Assembly (NCBI GenBank): GCA_950097015.1
Contig: CATNEN010000041.1
Coordinates: 3,224,001-3,288,000 of the forward strand
Length of the DNA: 64,000 bases
From: Macrostomum hystrix
Lineage: Eukaryota; Animalia; Platyhelminthes
Reading direction: 5' to 3'
Shown here: one piece after another, positions 36,264 to 48,673 of the stretch
Layout of the letters: every line of letters starts with the position of its first letter
Numbering within the stretch: the stretch's first letter is position 1
The notes under the pieces: model-generated
Told to the model about the DNA's origin: nothing
Databases searched by the model: none
What the model saw: the letters and a program-made list of their open reading frames with translations, nothing else
Made by a program: the position numbers and the translations under genes

Positions 36264-39200
36264 TGTGGCGCCTCAAGCGGTCGTTAGCTTCTGCGGACGC
36301 AATCTCGGGGCCTGCCGCCCATGCGGCTTGGCTCGGCCTAGGGCCCTGCTGCTGCAACTGAGTATTAGGCTGAGTCGATGGGCTGCAGTGGCGCCGCTGG
36401 AAGTTGCAGCGGTACTTTGAGTCAGGCAAAACTCCGTTGCCAAGAATCACTGAACTCGACGATGTCGGACCTGCCGCGGCTGGGCACGCTGAAAGTATTA
36501 AGTGCCGAGCGAGCGATGAGTGAGCGGAGCGAGACTCGCGTACGGCTGGCTTGTGCAATGCGCTTCTGTTGGCAGTAGGGATTCTGGTTGAGATGCGGCA
36601 AGGAGGGGAGTACGGGCGGCCCGTGGGAGAATCCAAATGGGTGGGATGAGGCAGGCTGCGACTGCGGGCCTACTGCAGCTGCCATTGGCTGTCGGCCTGA
36701 GCCGTCAGTGGGCTGCTAGAGGTGAAGCAGTAGCCTCTCTGCCCTAAAACCGGCGCGATCCGGATCGGTCGGCATGGACGCCCCCCGCCCCACCTCGGCT
36801 CTGACCCTCCCGCGGGCCGGGGAAGAAAAGCGCCCCGCTGCCCATTGTTGTTGCCGTGATCGATTGCTCAGCGGGTCTCGGCCTACGAATTTAGGACCCT
36901 CGCATCGGCGGAGAATCTGGCTGCTAGCCCGCCACTGTTGGCTGTCAGGCTGCTCCGAGGGATTTCAGGAAGCTGAGGCGGCGAGGTCGGGTTGGCGAAC
37001 TCCTGTCCCTGGGTGACACAGGCAAGCTGGAAATGTTTTGAAAAAAGCAGCTGTGAAAGTTTAGCAGAATTCTTCGTCACTGGCCTACCTTGATGGGCCT
37101 GTCCGTCGGATGGGCACTGTTCTGGTTCTTGTTACCTCCCTACTAAGGTGGGTTCGGTCAGCGCAGCAGGAAGTGAAGGCCAGGGAAATATTTGGCAAGT
37201 CGCGGTTTCCACGCTGGGGCGAGTTGGAACGGAGAAAAAAGTCCCAACTCGAGGCGTTCGAAGACGAGGCAATTAGCGAGCTTCCGTCGACAAACTCCCA
37301 CGGAGAGGCAGCATGCGGGCAGTTCCGCAGCGGGCGCACGTCTCTTGCGAAGTCTGACGCCTCTGACAGGTCAGCGCAGGGTCAGCAGCTGCAGTTTTTC
37401 CTTAGATGCAGCAGCCGAACTTGCCCATTGCGAATCAGCTTCCGTTGCTGTCTGCCACGTGCACTTTTGCGTCTGCGCTAATGCATTTAGCCCAGATGGG
37501 GCGCTGGGGACGCGCCAGGCGATAAAGTCGAAATAATTGAATAATTATTGGCTGGCTGCACTGAACGCAAGCTCTTTGGCCCTCGGCTTTGAGCTCAGCT
37601 GCCTGGCACTGATTTCATTAGCGGCCAAAATGAACTCACGGGCCATGGCTCGCACTTTTAGTTTTATTGCTGGCAGTTACGACTTTCCAATAGCCAGAGT
37701 TCACAGAGCATTCGTGATCAGGCAGCTGTGGCTGACTGAACCACGCATTAAATATAATTTTATAATTGCTTATGAACTAGACAATGGCCTGCCGCCTGAA
37801 ACGATGCTGCATATTTACTTAGGGAGGCAATGACAATGCAGACGGTAATTCAGCCTTCAAGCAGTTTCAGGTTGCGCTGATAACAAATCATGGCGTGACT
37901 CGGCAATGCTCTTGCAGCCTCAGAGAGCATGGCGATAGAGAAGGGCGCAAGCGTTGCTCGCACTCTCGCTGCTCCCCACCGCCGTGTTTGCTCGGAGCGG
38001 AAGGGTGGAGCGGGCGGTCATCACAGTGAAATCCCCGCTGGCCGCCCGCGCCCGCCCGGTCTACTCCCGTACACACAGGCACCCAACTTTGGCTTTGAGG
38101 TGGGCTTATCTCGCGCACTTCTTTGCGTCTCCCTCAGAGCTTCACGGTGACACGCCGGCTCCTCTCTCCCTGGCCTGCCAGCCCCAGCCGCTGCGGGAGT
38201 TCATGCCGTGGGCCAGTGAGCGAACTCCACGGCACTCTCTGCCCCCCAGCTTTCATTTCTGTCAGTCTCCCAGTCTGCCGCAACCGCTCTCTCCAGGAGC
38301 AAAGATCGGTAAATTAGCTTAAGTCGCAGAGTGAGGGAGCGGCAGCTTCAAGAACTCTCGTCATTCAGAGCCGTAGGCAGGGGCTGCGTCAAATTTCTCC
38401 TCCCTCCAAACGAATTCATCAAAAGGAATCTTATATCCCGTCCGGCCACTCACGGCGAGTGAAAGTTCCGCTTCCCCGAAGGAATGAGGGGATGTTAAGC
38501 AGAACTTATTGCAGAGTCGAGTGGGCCTCCGGAGCTGGTTCCGCCCCTCCCCAGTCAGGATCGGGCGTGTTGGAACCGGTCGTAGCAGTCTCTCTGCGGC
38601 CTTTGTGAGGACGTAATTAGGCCGGCGGCGGCTCGTGCCCGGGCTGTGCGCCTATGAAAGCTTGCATCCGCATCCTCTGAGCGGCAGTCTGCGATGAAGT
38701 TAATCCCAATTTGCTTTGAGACTGCCGGACTTGCCCCGGGCAGAGTTGCCACTAATCTGTTCCCGATTTCAACTTAATCCGGCCCCCTCAACCCCCAGGG
38801 GATACGAGAGATTGGGTCGAACTGACGAGGAGGGGCAGTGAGGGAGCCCGGAAAGCTGACGGGATTTCGGGGCATCTTGCGGGCACTGGAGGAGTGAGTG
38901 CCGAGCTTGAGTTTGAAATCCTTCAGGCCGGAGGGCCGGTCCGGACGGAAATCACGGCTGGCACAGAGGAAAGGCGAAGAAGAGCAGCTCAGGCTGGGAA
39001 GACGCGAGGAATACGATGCGGAAGAGCGAACGAGTGCCAGAGTACGGGACAGTATTCGAGAGAATTTCATGTTCTGAGCGAAAGTGACAGCAGAATAGAC
39101 AGCATTTCATCCCAGTCAGCAGAAGCTAGATATCGAAATGAATTTCAGCTCCATGTACCGCAGGTTTCATAAGCTCTTATACAAGTGCACAATTACAAGC

Positions 39201-40084
39201 GAGCTGCAGAGGTGGGTGGCGGCCAATCGATGGAGCCGCTGCCATGTTTAAATTTGGCATCAGATCTGTCCTGAACAGCACGAATAAGATCCCGGAGCCT
39301 CAACCCGCACAATCGGATTAACCAATGTGCGCAGAGGCCGAGGACTCGTGCATAATCTTCTCCCCAGCTCTAGTTGGAACTCAGCGGCAGATTCTGCGGT
39401 TAGTAAGCTCATTCTGCCTGGCTATCCGCCCCCAATCTCTCGCCCTCTGGCAACCCGTGAGCGAGGGAGCGGGGCGTTGGGGACGGGCGCGTCACTTGGC
39501 ATTACGCGTGAAAACGGGAAATTGCTTCGCGAAACGGAAGCCCCAGCCAGCCCTTGCCAGTCACGGACCGCACGGAGGTGGCAAGCAAGCGGGGACCACA
39601 GGATGTGTGTGGTGCTCGAGAAGGCAGCAAGGTCTTAGCGACTTCACTCTGCTTAATGAGCTGCGGAGAACAGCAAGTGCATGCCTCTGTCCCATGTCGG
39701 AGCTCCGCTGAGAAGCTCTGTTAGTCTCGTGAGCGCAGGTAGCAGGACAAAATAATGATTGACAGATGCCTCCTTGGAGCAGAAATCAGTGGTGCACAGT
39801 TGTTGCTGATCGTTTGTTCGGCTGTTTTCCCAAGTCCTCCAGGCTTCAGGCAACAAGTGCTGGACATTCCCCTCTTTCATCCCGCACAACCCACATCCTC
39901 ATCCTTCCAGAAGCTTCAGCCATTTTCAATGCCCAGCCATAGTGGAGCTATTCTCCTGAAATCACTTCTGCCTTCCTGCTGGAGAACTCAGGGCTTTCCT
40001 TTCGCACAGCGGCATAGACCTGCTTCATGCGCTCGTGTCTCATTCAGTTATCACTTGCACTCCAGCACTGCCACCAGATTGGCC

Positions 40085-40830
40085 AGCATTCCATAGCCAT
40101 CGTGGCGGCGACCGATGCGTCTTCGCAGCAGGAAGCCGTCTTCAGCCGAGGGGAGCGCAGTCCGAAGCACCCAGTCCAAGAGAAGCACGAAGAGGAACGG
40201 CGCCAGCGTGTCGACTTGCAGCACTCCTGACGAGGTGGCAAACAGGTCGGACAGGCCGTCCGCCGTAACAACAGCAGCGCGCGTGTCACGATACAGCAAC
40301 ATGACAGCGGCGACTAGCTGCTCTGGGACCCGGTAGGCTCGAAGGACGAGTGGGAGCGCGGCTCTCGACACCGAGTCAAACGCCTTGCGGAAGTCGACAA
40401 ACACGACGATCAGCGTTGACTCAGCTGGCAGGGCAATGTCCATCAACAGTGCGAAACTGGCTGGCAGCGGGGGCGAAGGCGCGTTCACAATGCCGTCGAA
40501 GAAGTCGCGCAATTCATTCCTGCGCTCCTCCGGAGTGTCGCCGGTCAGATTTAGCGCCACACGCCTCTTGCGCCCCGTCAGGGTCCGAACGGCCGTCCAC
40601 ACTGCGCGGCTCCTCACTTCTGGGCCAGCTGCTGTGATGGACTGGATGGGGTCGTCGACTGCGGCCTGCTGCCGCGTGTCCAGAAGACGTGCGAGCGAGT
40701 CCTCGGCGTCACCAGTGGGCCGTAGGGATCTTCGGAGTCACTCGATCTTCAACCACGCCTATCTGATCGTCGGATCGCTCTGCCAGACTGGCTGCGATCG
40801 CTCCGCCGGTCGCATCAGCGGGACCGTCTT
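40085..40830 (-). mobile_element. Degenerate non-LTR retrotransposon RT fragment (RTE-like), internally deleted
   Basis: VVFVDFRKAFDSV...LYRDT...GVLQVDTLAPFLFVLLLDWVLR (RT motifs; canonical GVLQGD is mutated); truncated before YADD. Confidence 0.85.
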
Positions 40831-41369
40831 CTCAGCTGTAGCTCTCACGCAGCTCTCAGCTGCAGCTCTCACGCACTGCATGTTTGAATATGCAGCCACG
40901 TAGATTCCAGGGGTCGCAGCCCCGCAGGTCTAACATAAACTGCATGTTTGAATATGCTGCCACGTAGGCAATCTCAAATTTGGGGAGAGTCAGTCAAAGT
41001 ACGCTGGTATTGGTTGAGTTAGAGCGTATTGGGTCGGATTTTAGCGGATTCGGATTCTCTCTTAGTGGGTTAATTTTCTATCTCGTAATTGTTCTTGACT
41101 GACTTTATCCAACCCCGGGTCTGCTCGGGGTCATGCTCCCTTGTAGGTCCCTCGATTCAAGTTCGGTTTTTTCGGCTTGGGAGGTCGACTTTTTCTGACT
41201 TCTTCTCTGTGAAGGAGGGTGGGTGAGATTGCGTTTGGTTTATGTGTCGTATTTTATTGTTTGGCTATAGTTTTCTATTGTCTTATCTGCCCTGTTTATT
41301 TTTTACTTTCATTTCTATGCGTTGCTACAATTTGGATTTTTAACGTTTTAATCGTTAAAATTTTTAACG

Positions 41370-41600
41370 CTTTTATACGCCACCGCAGCCAGCCAATCAA
41401 CCACCTCATCGCCTGCGATACCACAGTGGCTGGGTACCTTCTCCTGCCTTTCAGCCTGACCAATCTGTCTCTTGATGGTCTGCAGCCCGCTCGTACTGTC
41501 CGTTGCCTTATCAAGCCTGCCTGTCGCTACTAACATCGCATAAGCAGGTATGCAGCCTCCGCCTTTTTCTTACAAGAGCTTCCGAGTTGCCCAGGAACTT
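41370..41600 (-). mobile_element. Degenerate retroelement RNase H fragment
   Basis: ATDSTSGLQTI...KVPSHCGIAGDEVVDWLA resembles the TDSxSxLQ and WVPSHCGIxGNExADxLA motifs of LINE RNase H. Confidence 0.55.
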
Positions 41601-42287
41601 CTGTTGAGATCTGCTTCCCCTCTTATCAGGAGCAACAGGAGTGGTCTGTGTCTGAGCGATAGATTTGCCTCAGTGAGCGCGCTTAAGTTGGCCGCTATCC
41701 CGTCTCTTTGCTCTGGCCAGCCATTGTGCCATTTCAAAAGACTGATCGCTTTTGAGTTGAAAGCCTTCCTGAATTGAAAGCCTTCTTGAATGCGGTGCTT
41801 CTGCTTTAGCCGAAAAAATAAATAAGCCACTTCATGTCATGTGACCATCAGGGCTGGCTTACTTTTCATTAGGCTAGTAGTTGCTGTGTTGTAATCAGGA
41901 TAAGAACCAAAAGATAAGGGAGCAAGTGAATATCAGGGTCGCTGCCTTGCATGCTTAGCCAATGGAAATGGTGTGTGTGTACACCTGCCATACTTTCCTA
42001 ATTGATGTATTTATATTCATGTATCCGCCGAGAGTTCAATGCGAAAGTTTACGCCTATGCGCGCTAAAACCCAAAGCGAAGTCTGCAGTTTTTCTTTAAC
42101 TACGAGCGGCACAGATAGCAGAGCTAGGATAGAGGTGGGGGCAGCCACAGCAGGCTAATATTGTTTGCAGCCTTCGGACACGCTGCAACCTGGCCTATTG
42201 CACCCACATGCAGCTAATCTTGCAAGTTGAACAGCAGCTAGCTAAGGTGAATTGCTTCGAAGGCTATCAGTTTAGCGCAAGAAAGAA

Positions 42288-43127
42288 ATGCTGACCGCAG
42301 CAATTATGCGCAGGGTTTGGACCCAGCAGCGGCCGCTTACGACTTTGCTCCGCCATCTGGCTGGAGGTTCAGCAGCAGTAGCTGCCGAGTTAAACTGGCA
42401 GGCCAGGGTGGACTTGGCCGCGGCCTACAGAGCGCTGGCCCAGCTGGGCTACAATGAAGGCATCTGCAACCACCTTAGCCTCATGACGCCTGCGGCTGAC
42501 GGCTCTGGTGCGGAGCTGATGCTGTTGGTGCCCTATGGTCTGCATTGGTCCCGCGTTCGAGCTTCCGACCTAGTTGGCCTCGACTCTCAAGGACGCATCT
42601 TTGAGGGTGACGGCCGTGCGGAGACTTCAGCGGCGACAATCCACCGGCCGCTGCACCTGGCTAGACCAGAGGCGAAGGCGGTATTCCACTTGCACAGTCC
42701 ATACACCACAGCGCTGAGCTGTCTGCGGGACCCTCGTCTGCGGATGGTGCATCAGAACTGCCTCTATTTCCTTACGAATTTGGCCTACGACATGGAATAC
42801 AGAGGCATCTCCGTGCACGACTCGGAGGGCGCTCGTTTGGCTGCCTGCCTGGCACCTGACAAGACATGCTTGATGATGGCCAACCACGGCTTCCTTGTGC
42901 TTGCAAGCACAGCAGCCATGGCCTTCCACTACGCCTACTACATAGAGCGTTGCGCAATGTATCAGCTGTTGGCCATGCAGTCGGGTCGCGAGCTCAAGGA
43001 GTTGGACCCAGCGCTAGCTGCGGCGGCGCACAAGGACATGGTGGAGTTTGTAGAGAAGGACGGTGAAATCTTCTTCAGGGCTGTGCAGCGCAAGATGAGG
43101 GAGGAGGGATCTGATTTTGATAAGTAA
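42288..43127 (+). CDS. Class II aldolase/adducin-head family protein, single exon, possible mitochondrial presequence
   Basis: RVDLAAAYR...NEGICNHLS...RVRASDLV...IHRPLH...VFHLHSPYTTALS...MANHG; metal-ligand HxH and NHG retained; Arg-rich, acid-free N-terminus. Confidence 0.9.
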   Translation: MLTAAIMRRVWTQQRPLTTLLRHLAGGSAAVAAELNWQARVDLAAAYRALAQLGYNEGICNHLSLMTPAADGSGAELMLLVPYGLHWSRVRASDLVGLDSQGRIFEGDGRAETSAATIHRPLHLARPEAKAVFHLHSPYTTALSCLRDPRLRMVHQNCLYFLTNLAYDMEYRGISVHDSEGARLAACLAPDKTCLMMANHGFLVLASTAAMAFHYAYYIERCAMYQLLAMQSGRELKELDPALAAAAHKDMVEFVEKDGEIFFRAVQRKMREEGSDFDK

Positions 43128-43989
43128 CGGCAAGGTCTGTAAAGCGGATTCGCATCATCCCTGACTGGGCCAAACGTGTCATATCGGACTATTAAGCATT
43201 ACACAAAAATTCTCTTTTGGAATTTACTGCTTCCTAAATACACTGCCACTCGCGAAACTCGTTGGTCCTAAGTTCGAACTTAGGGGCCGAAATGTTGCCA
43301 AGCTAGGAGCAAAGATCACAATAATCTTTAAAAGTTAATTATTCATAGATTCAAGCTTTATTGTACGACCTCAAACTTTAGTTGCGCTACAATAAGTAAC
43401 CGTTCAATATTTCTAAACTTAATACAGTATTGGCTCGGAGGCCAAATTGATGTTCCAATCGCAATGAACTGCATCTCAAACTATCTTGTACGCAGCACAA
43501 AAGCTACTGAGCGATAGTCTTGACTACATGCTTTTGTAGTGGTCAGAACTCTTGAATAAAACTTGGTGTTTTCCTCTAGCCTGTACAAGATTAGCAGGTG
43601 AACGAAAGGGGCGCTCCGAGCAGGCGGCTGAGAAAATCCGGAGTGTCAGCAGCTCTGAAAATCGATTAAGCTTCCCGACAAGCGAGTGGGTGTTCCCAGA
43701 GGGCTAACAATCAATAAATGGCCGCGAGCTCGCTGGCGAAGTTCGATCGTCCATCGATGAAGCTTACTCGGGTAGGCGGAGTCAGCGCCGAATGGCCTGG
43801 TTTAGAAACCCGATAACAGCTGAAGCTAAGTCTAGTCCAATAAATATGTTTTTAGGCCTACTTAGAGTAAGAAGGAGTGCGATTTGATCCTAAATCAGCC
43901 TTCCACACACGATCATGGGCCTCCTCTCAGGGCCGTTCGCATTGGCGCACAAATGCGATATCAGCCAAGAAGATGGATGACGAGCGTTG

Positions 43990-44570
43990 AATGAGTACAA
44001 ATCAGAGTTCAGGCCTTGAGTTCGTTACAGACTGACTGCATAGATGGGAATGAGTACAAATCAGAGTTCAGGCCTTGAGTTCGTTACAGACTGACTGCAT
44101 AGATGGGAATGAGTACAAATCAGAGTTCAGGCCTTGAGTTCGTTACAGACTGACTGCATAGATGGGAATGAGTACAAATCAGAGTTCAGGCCTTGAGTTC
44201 GTTACAGACTGACTGCATAGATGGGAATGAGTACAAATCAGAGTTCAGGCCTTGAGTTCGTTACAGACTGACTGCATAGATGGGAATGAGTACAAATCAG
44301 AGTTCAGGCCTTGAGTTCGTTACAGACTGACTGCATAGATGGGAATGAGTACAAATAAGAGTTCGTTACAGACTGACTGCATAGATGGGAATGAGTACAA
44401 ATCAGAGTTCAGGCCTTGAGTTCGTTACAGACTGACTGCATAGATGGGAATGAGTACAAATAAGAGTTCGTTACAGACTGACTGCATAGATGGGAATGAG
44501 AACACAAAGAATATGAGTAAAAATCAGAGTTCAGGTCTTGAGTTCAGTAACAGGCTGGCCGCATAGATGG
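43990..44570. repeat. 59-bp minisatellite, ~9 copies, some internally deleted
   Basis: Unit aatgagtacaaatcagagttcaggccttgagttcgttacagactgactgcatagatggg. Confidence 0.95.
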
Positions 44571-44978
44571 GACCACTGCTATTGTAAATATATTTTCCTG
44601 ACAAACAAAATAGAAATTTCCGACAACCATTAAAACCTGCGAGAATCGAGTCAATCTGAATCGCGGTTGTCTTGAAGCGGGAGCACAATGGTCGTTGCCT
44701 CGAAGCAAATATTTATGCACTGCTGATTTCTAGGCAGAAGACAGAGCTATAGATGTTACAGGGAACTGAATGCGGACTACCCCAGAGTCAGCGTGTTGAC
44801 CTGTCAGAGTCAGCCATCGAATTTCTAATAGCTCTAATTGAAACTGGCAATCAATTATTAGTGGTCAAGACTCATACAGACCAACACTTCCTCAGTAAAG
44901 AAGGCTTCTATGTATTTACTTAATTTCGTGATGTAACAAAAGAAGCAAAACAGCAGCAGTCCTTGGTTAGAAAATGCG

Positions 44979-46936
44979 TCACTTGCCAGCCAGCGCTTCT
45001 TTCAGCTCGCCGGCCTGCTGCATCTCGCGTAGAATGTCCAGGCCGCCCAACAGCTGACCTTTCACGTACAGCTGCGGGTAGGTGGGCCAGTTCGAGTGCC
45101 GCTTGAGCGCCTCACGCACTCTTTGGTCCTGCAGGATGTCAAAGTGACCGAACTGCACGCCCTCTGAGCGCAGCAGCTCCACTATCTGCCTGCTGAAGCC
45201 GCAGCGGGGCGCATCCGGCGAGCCCTTCATGAACAGCATCACCGGCGACGCATTTACCAGCGACTCCAGGTGGGTGGTCACTGCGGCCTTAAGCGCTGGC
45301 CCGAGCTCGCCAGCCTCCTCCATCTCGCGCACAATGTCCAGGCCGCCGAGAAGCTGGCCGCCGGCGTACAACTGCGGGTAGGTGGGCCAGTTGCTTAGTT
45401 TCTTCAGGCCCTCGCGCACCGCCTGGTCAGTGAGGATGTCAAAGTGGTCCAGGGGTGCCTCGTCGGCGTGCTTGTGCAGCAGCTCCACGATCTGCCGGCT
45501 GAAGCCGCAGCGGGGCGCATCCGGCGAGCCCTTCATGAACAGCATCAGCGGCGAGCGGGCCAGGAGCGATCTCAGCCGAGCCTCCAGCTGCGCCTCAGTC
45601 TCCTTGTTTGCAACCGCTGACGCATTGCTACCTGAAGAGCCAGAGGTGGAGGCGGCAACTGCGGCGGAGAGCTTGGCGGCCAGTGCGGCTGGGTCGGCGC
45701 CGTTCAGCCGGTCCACCACCTGCGGCTGCTGCTGATCCGACGTGGCTCGGCGCAGCAGCAGGAAAGTCGGCACCGCCAGCACACCATATCGGCTCGTCAC
45801 CTGTGGCACCTGCGGAGTCGATTCAGTGACGAGACTGGCTCCTGTGTCAGCTAAAAAAACTCTTGTGTAGCACCCAATGTCGGGTGTGGCACCCAATTCA
45901 CACAATGTCGGGTGTGGCACACAATTCACCCAATGTCGGGTGTGGCACCCAATTCACCCAATGTCGGGTGTGGCACCCAATTCACCCAATGTCGGGTGTG
46001 GCACCCAATTCACTCAATGTCTGGTGTGGCACCCAATTCACCCAATGTCGGGTGTGGCACCCAATTCACCCAATATCTGGTGTGGCACCCAATTCACCCA
46101 ATGTCTGGTGTGGCACCCAATTCACCCAATGTCGGGTGTGGCACCCAATTCACCCAATATCTGGTGTGGCACCCAATTCACCCAATGTCTGGTGTGGCAC
46201 CCAATTCACCCAATGTCGGGTGTGGCACCCAATTCACCCAATGTCGGGTGTGGCACCCAATTCACCCAATGTCGGGTGTGGCACCCAATTCACTCAATGT
46301 CTGGTGTGGCACCCAATTCACCCAATGTCTGGTGTGGCACCCAATTCACCTAATGTCTGGTGTGGCACCCAATTCACCCAATGTCTGGTGTGGCACCCAA
46401 TTCACCCAATATCTGGTGTGGCACCCAATTCACCCAATGTCTGGTGTGGCACCCAATTCACCCAATGTCTGGTGTGACACCCAATTCACCCAATGTCTGG
46501 TGTGGCACCCAATGTCTGGTGTGGCACCCTATTCACCCAATGTCTGGTGTGGCACCCAATTCACCCAATGTCTGGTGTGGCACCCAATTCACCCAATGTC
46601 TGGTGTGGCACCCAATTCACCCAATGTCTGGTGTGGCACCCAATGTCTGGTGTGGCACCCAATTCACCCAATGTCTGTTGTGGCACACAATTCACCTAAT
46701 TTTCTGCTCGCCAGTCAGCGGTGGCTTACCTGCTCAGCCTCCACATTAACAAAGGTAACAGTGGAGTAGGCAGGCTCCTTGGCCAGCTCGTCCATGACCA
46801 CGGACATCTGCACGCACTGAGCTGCCCAGTCGGCCCTGAAGTGTAGCAAGCAGAGGCCGCCGGGGCTGGCAGAGGCCACCGCAGAATTGAAGGAGTCGGC
46901 CGAGCTGGCCAACAGCACTCGTGCGCCGCTTGTCAT
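44979..46936 (-). CDS. GLRX3: Glutaredoxin-3 / PICOT (Trx-like domain + two monothiol Grx domains), 345 aa
   Basis: Exon 46936-46730 ([10 protein letters not shown]; phase-0 GTAAGC donor) plus exon 45809-44979 with two [19 protein letters not shown]...NWPTYPQLY...GGLDI domains. Confidence 0.95.
45866..46700. repeat. 28-bp intronic minisatellite, ~29 copies
   Basis: Unit gcacccaattcacccaatgtc(g/t)ggtgtg inside the GLRX3 intron. Confidence 0.95.
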
Positions 46937-47711
46937 CGCAGCCTGGCTGGAATGCGTGGCCAGATTTGCTATGATGACTTTTTCGATACATATCGGAACT
47001 TGTCAACGCATAATGACAATTCTGTGCCAAGTTTGATCCAACAGTCAGTTGTGCATTAGAAAGTTAGTCTGTAAGCCGTGTAAGGTTTCTCTGACTGCAG
47101 CTCATAGTCTAGCCTTAGTTTTTTCAAATTAGCCGATGTGGTCAGAAGCCTAACTGTTAACTCTGAGCCTCTGCTATAAGTAACATAAGGAGCAATGCAA
47201 TCCTCTTGTGACTGCGGCAAAAAGCTGCCAGATAAAATCGACAATCTTTATTAGCATAATGAAGACAACGCAGAAAGATAATTCTAAGAGCTTTTTGGGT
47301 GGGATCCCAAGGGCAGGCTTGACAAAATCGCTGTACTACTGCGAGATCTGCAGATAACAAAAGCAAACTGGAAAGCAAACTTTTTTGCATTGATTTGCAG
47401 AAAGAACACTGCGCAATGACAAATATTAATTTGTGAAACTCGAACTGGCCAAATGTAGAGAGTACAGAACTGCTATCTCAGACACACACGCACACAAACA
47501 CACAATCCACTTGAAAAATGCTGAGAAAGTGGGCTTAGTTTAAACAAGAAGGCGTGAAAGTCACAAGCCACTTTGATTTGTGAAAAGGTAACAAAATACA
47601 AAACAGCATAAACTGCTAGAGGTGCTTATTAAGTTAAAAACTGCATTAAATGTTCGGATTAAACTGGCTTTAATGTTCTCAAGATTCGACTAAACAAAAC
47701 AACGATCAAGA

Positions 47712-48660
47712 ACTAAAGCTGCAGCACTCTTGGATACACACCAACTAAAGCTGCAGCACTCTTGGATACACACCAACTAAAGCTGCAGCACTCTTGGATA
47801 CACACCAACTAAAGCTGCAGCACTCTTGGATACACACCAACTAAAGCTGCAGCACTCTTGGATACACACCAACTAAAGCTGCAGCACTCTTGGATACACA
47901 CCAACTAAAGCTGCAGCACTCTTGGATACACACCAACTAAAGCTGCAGCACTCTTGGATACACACCAACTAAAGCTGCAGCACTCTTGGATACACACCAA
48001 CTAAAGCTGCAGCACTCTTGGATACACACCAACTAAAGCTGCAGCACTCTTGGATACACACCAACTAAAGCTGCAGCACTCTTGGATACACACCAACTAA
48101 AGCTGCAGCACTCTTGGATACACACCAACTAAAGCTGCAGCACTCTTGGATACACACCAACTAAAGCTGCAGCACTCTTGGATACACACCAACTAAAGCT
48201 GCAGCACTCTTGGATACACACCAACTAAAGCTGCAGCACTCTTGGATACACACCAACTAAAGCTGCAGCACTCTTGGATACACACCAACTAAAGCTGCAG
48301 CACTCTTGGATACACACCAACTAAAGCTGCAGCACTCTTGGATACACACCAACTAAAGCTGCAGCACTCTTGGATACACACCAACTAAAGCTGCAGCACT
48401 CTTGGATACACACCAACTAAAGCTGCAGCACTCTTGGATACACACCAACTAAAGCTGCAGCACTCTTGGATACACACCAACTAAAGCTGCAGCACTCTTG
48501 GATACACACCAACTAAAGCTGCAGCACTCTTGGATACACACCAACTAAAGCTGCAGCACTCTTGGATACACACCAACTAAAGCTGCAGCACTCTTGGATA
48601 CACACCAACTAAAGCTGCAGCACTCGTGGATACACACCAACTAAAGCTGCAGCACTCGTG
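47712..48660. repeat. 32-bp near-perfect minisatellite, ~29 copies
   Basis: Unit aactaaagctgcagcactcttggatacacacc. Confidence 0.95.
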
Positions 48661-48673
48661 CCTCTTGTCATTG

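Noticed and set aside
36270-40000. Numerous 60-130-aa ORFs upstream of channel exon B
   Set aside because: No domain motifs or consistent exon structure; probably regulatory or UTR sequence, which I cannot resolve by eye
43267-43284. Perfect 18-bp palindrome cctaagttcgaacttagg
   Set aside because: Isolated, with no terminal inverted repeats or U-tract; no function can be supported
5155-46769. Many long periodic ORFs (e.g. 9277-11016, 12842-14508, 16112-17434, 30547-31666, 34411-35253, 45863-46769)
   Set aside because: Peptide periods equal the DNA repeat unit, the ORFs are open on both strands or in several frames, and many lie inside introns of assembled genes
7912-48660. CRISPR-like appearance of 23-61-bp repeats
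   Set aside because: Units are head-to-tail with no unique spacers, there are no cas genes, and the context is spliceosomal
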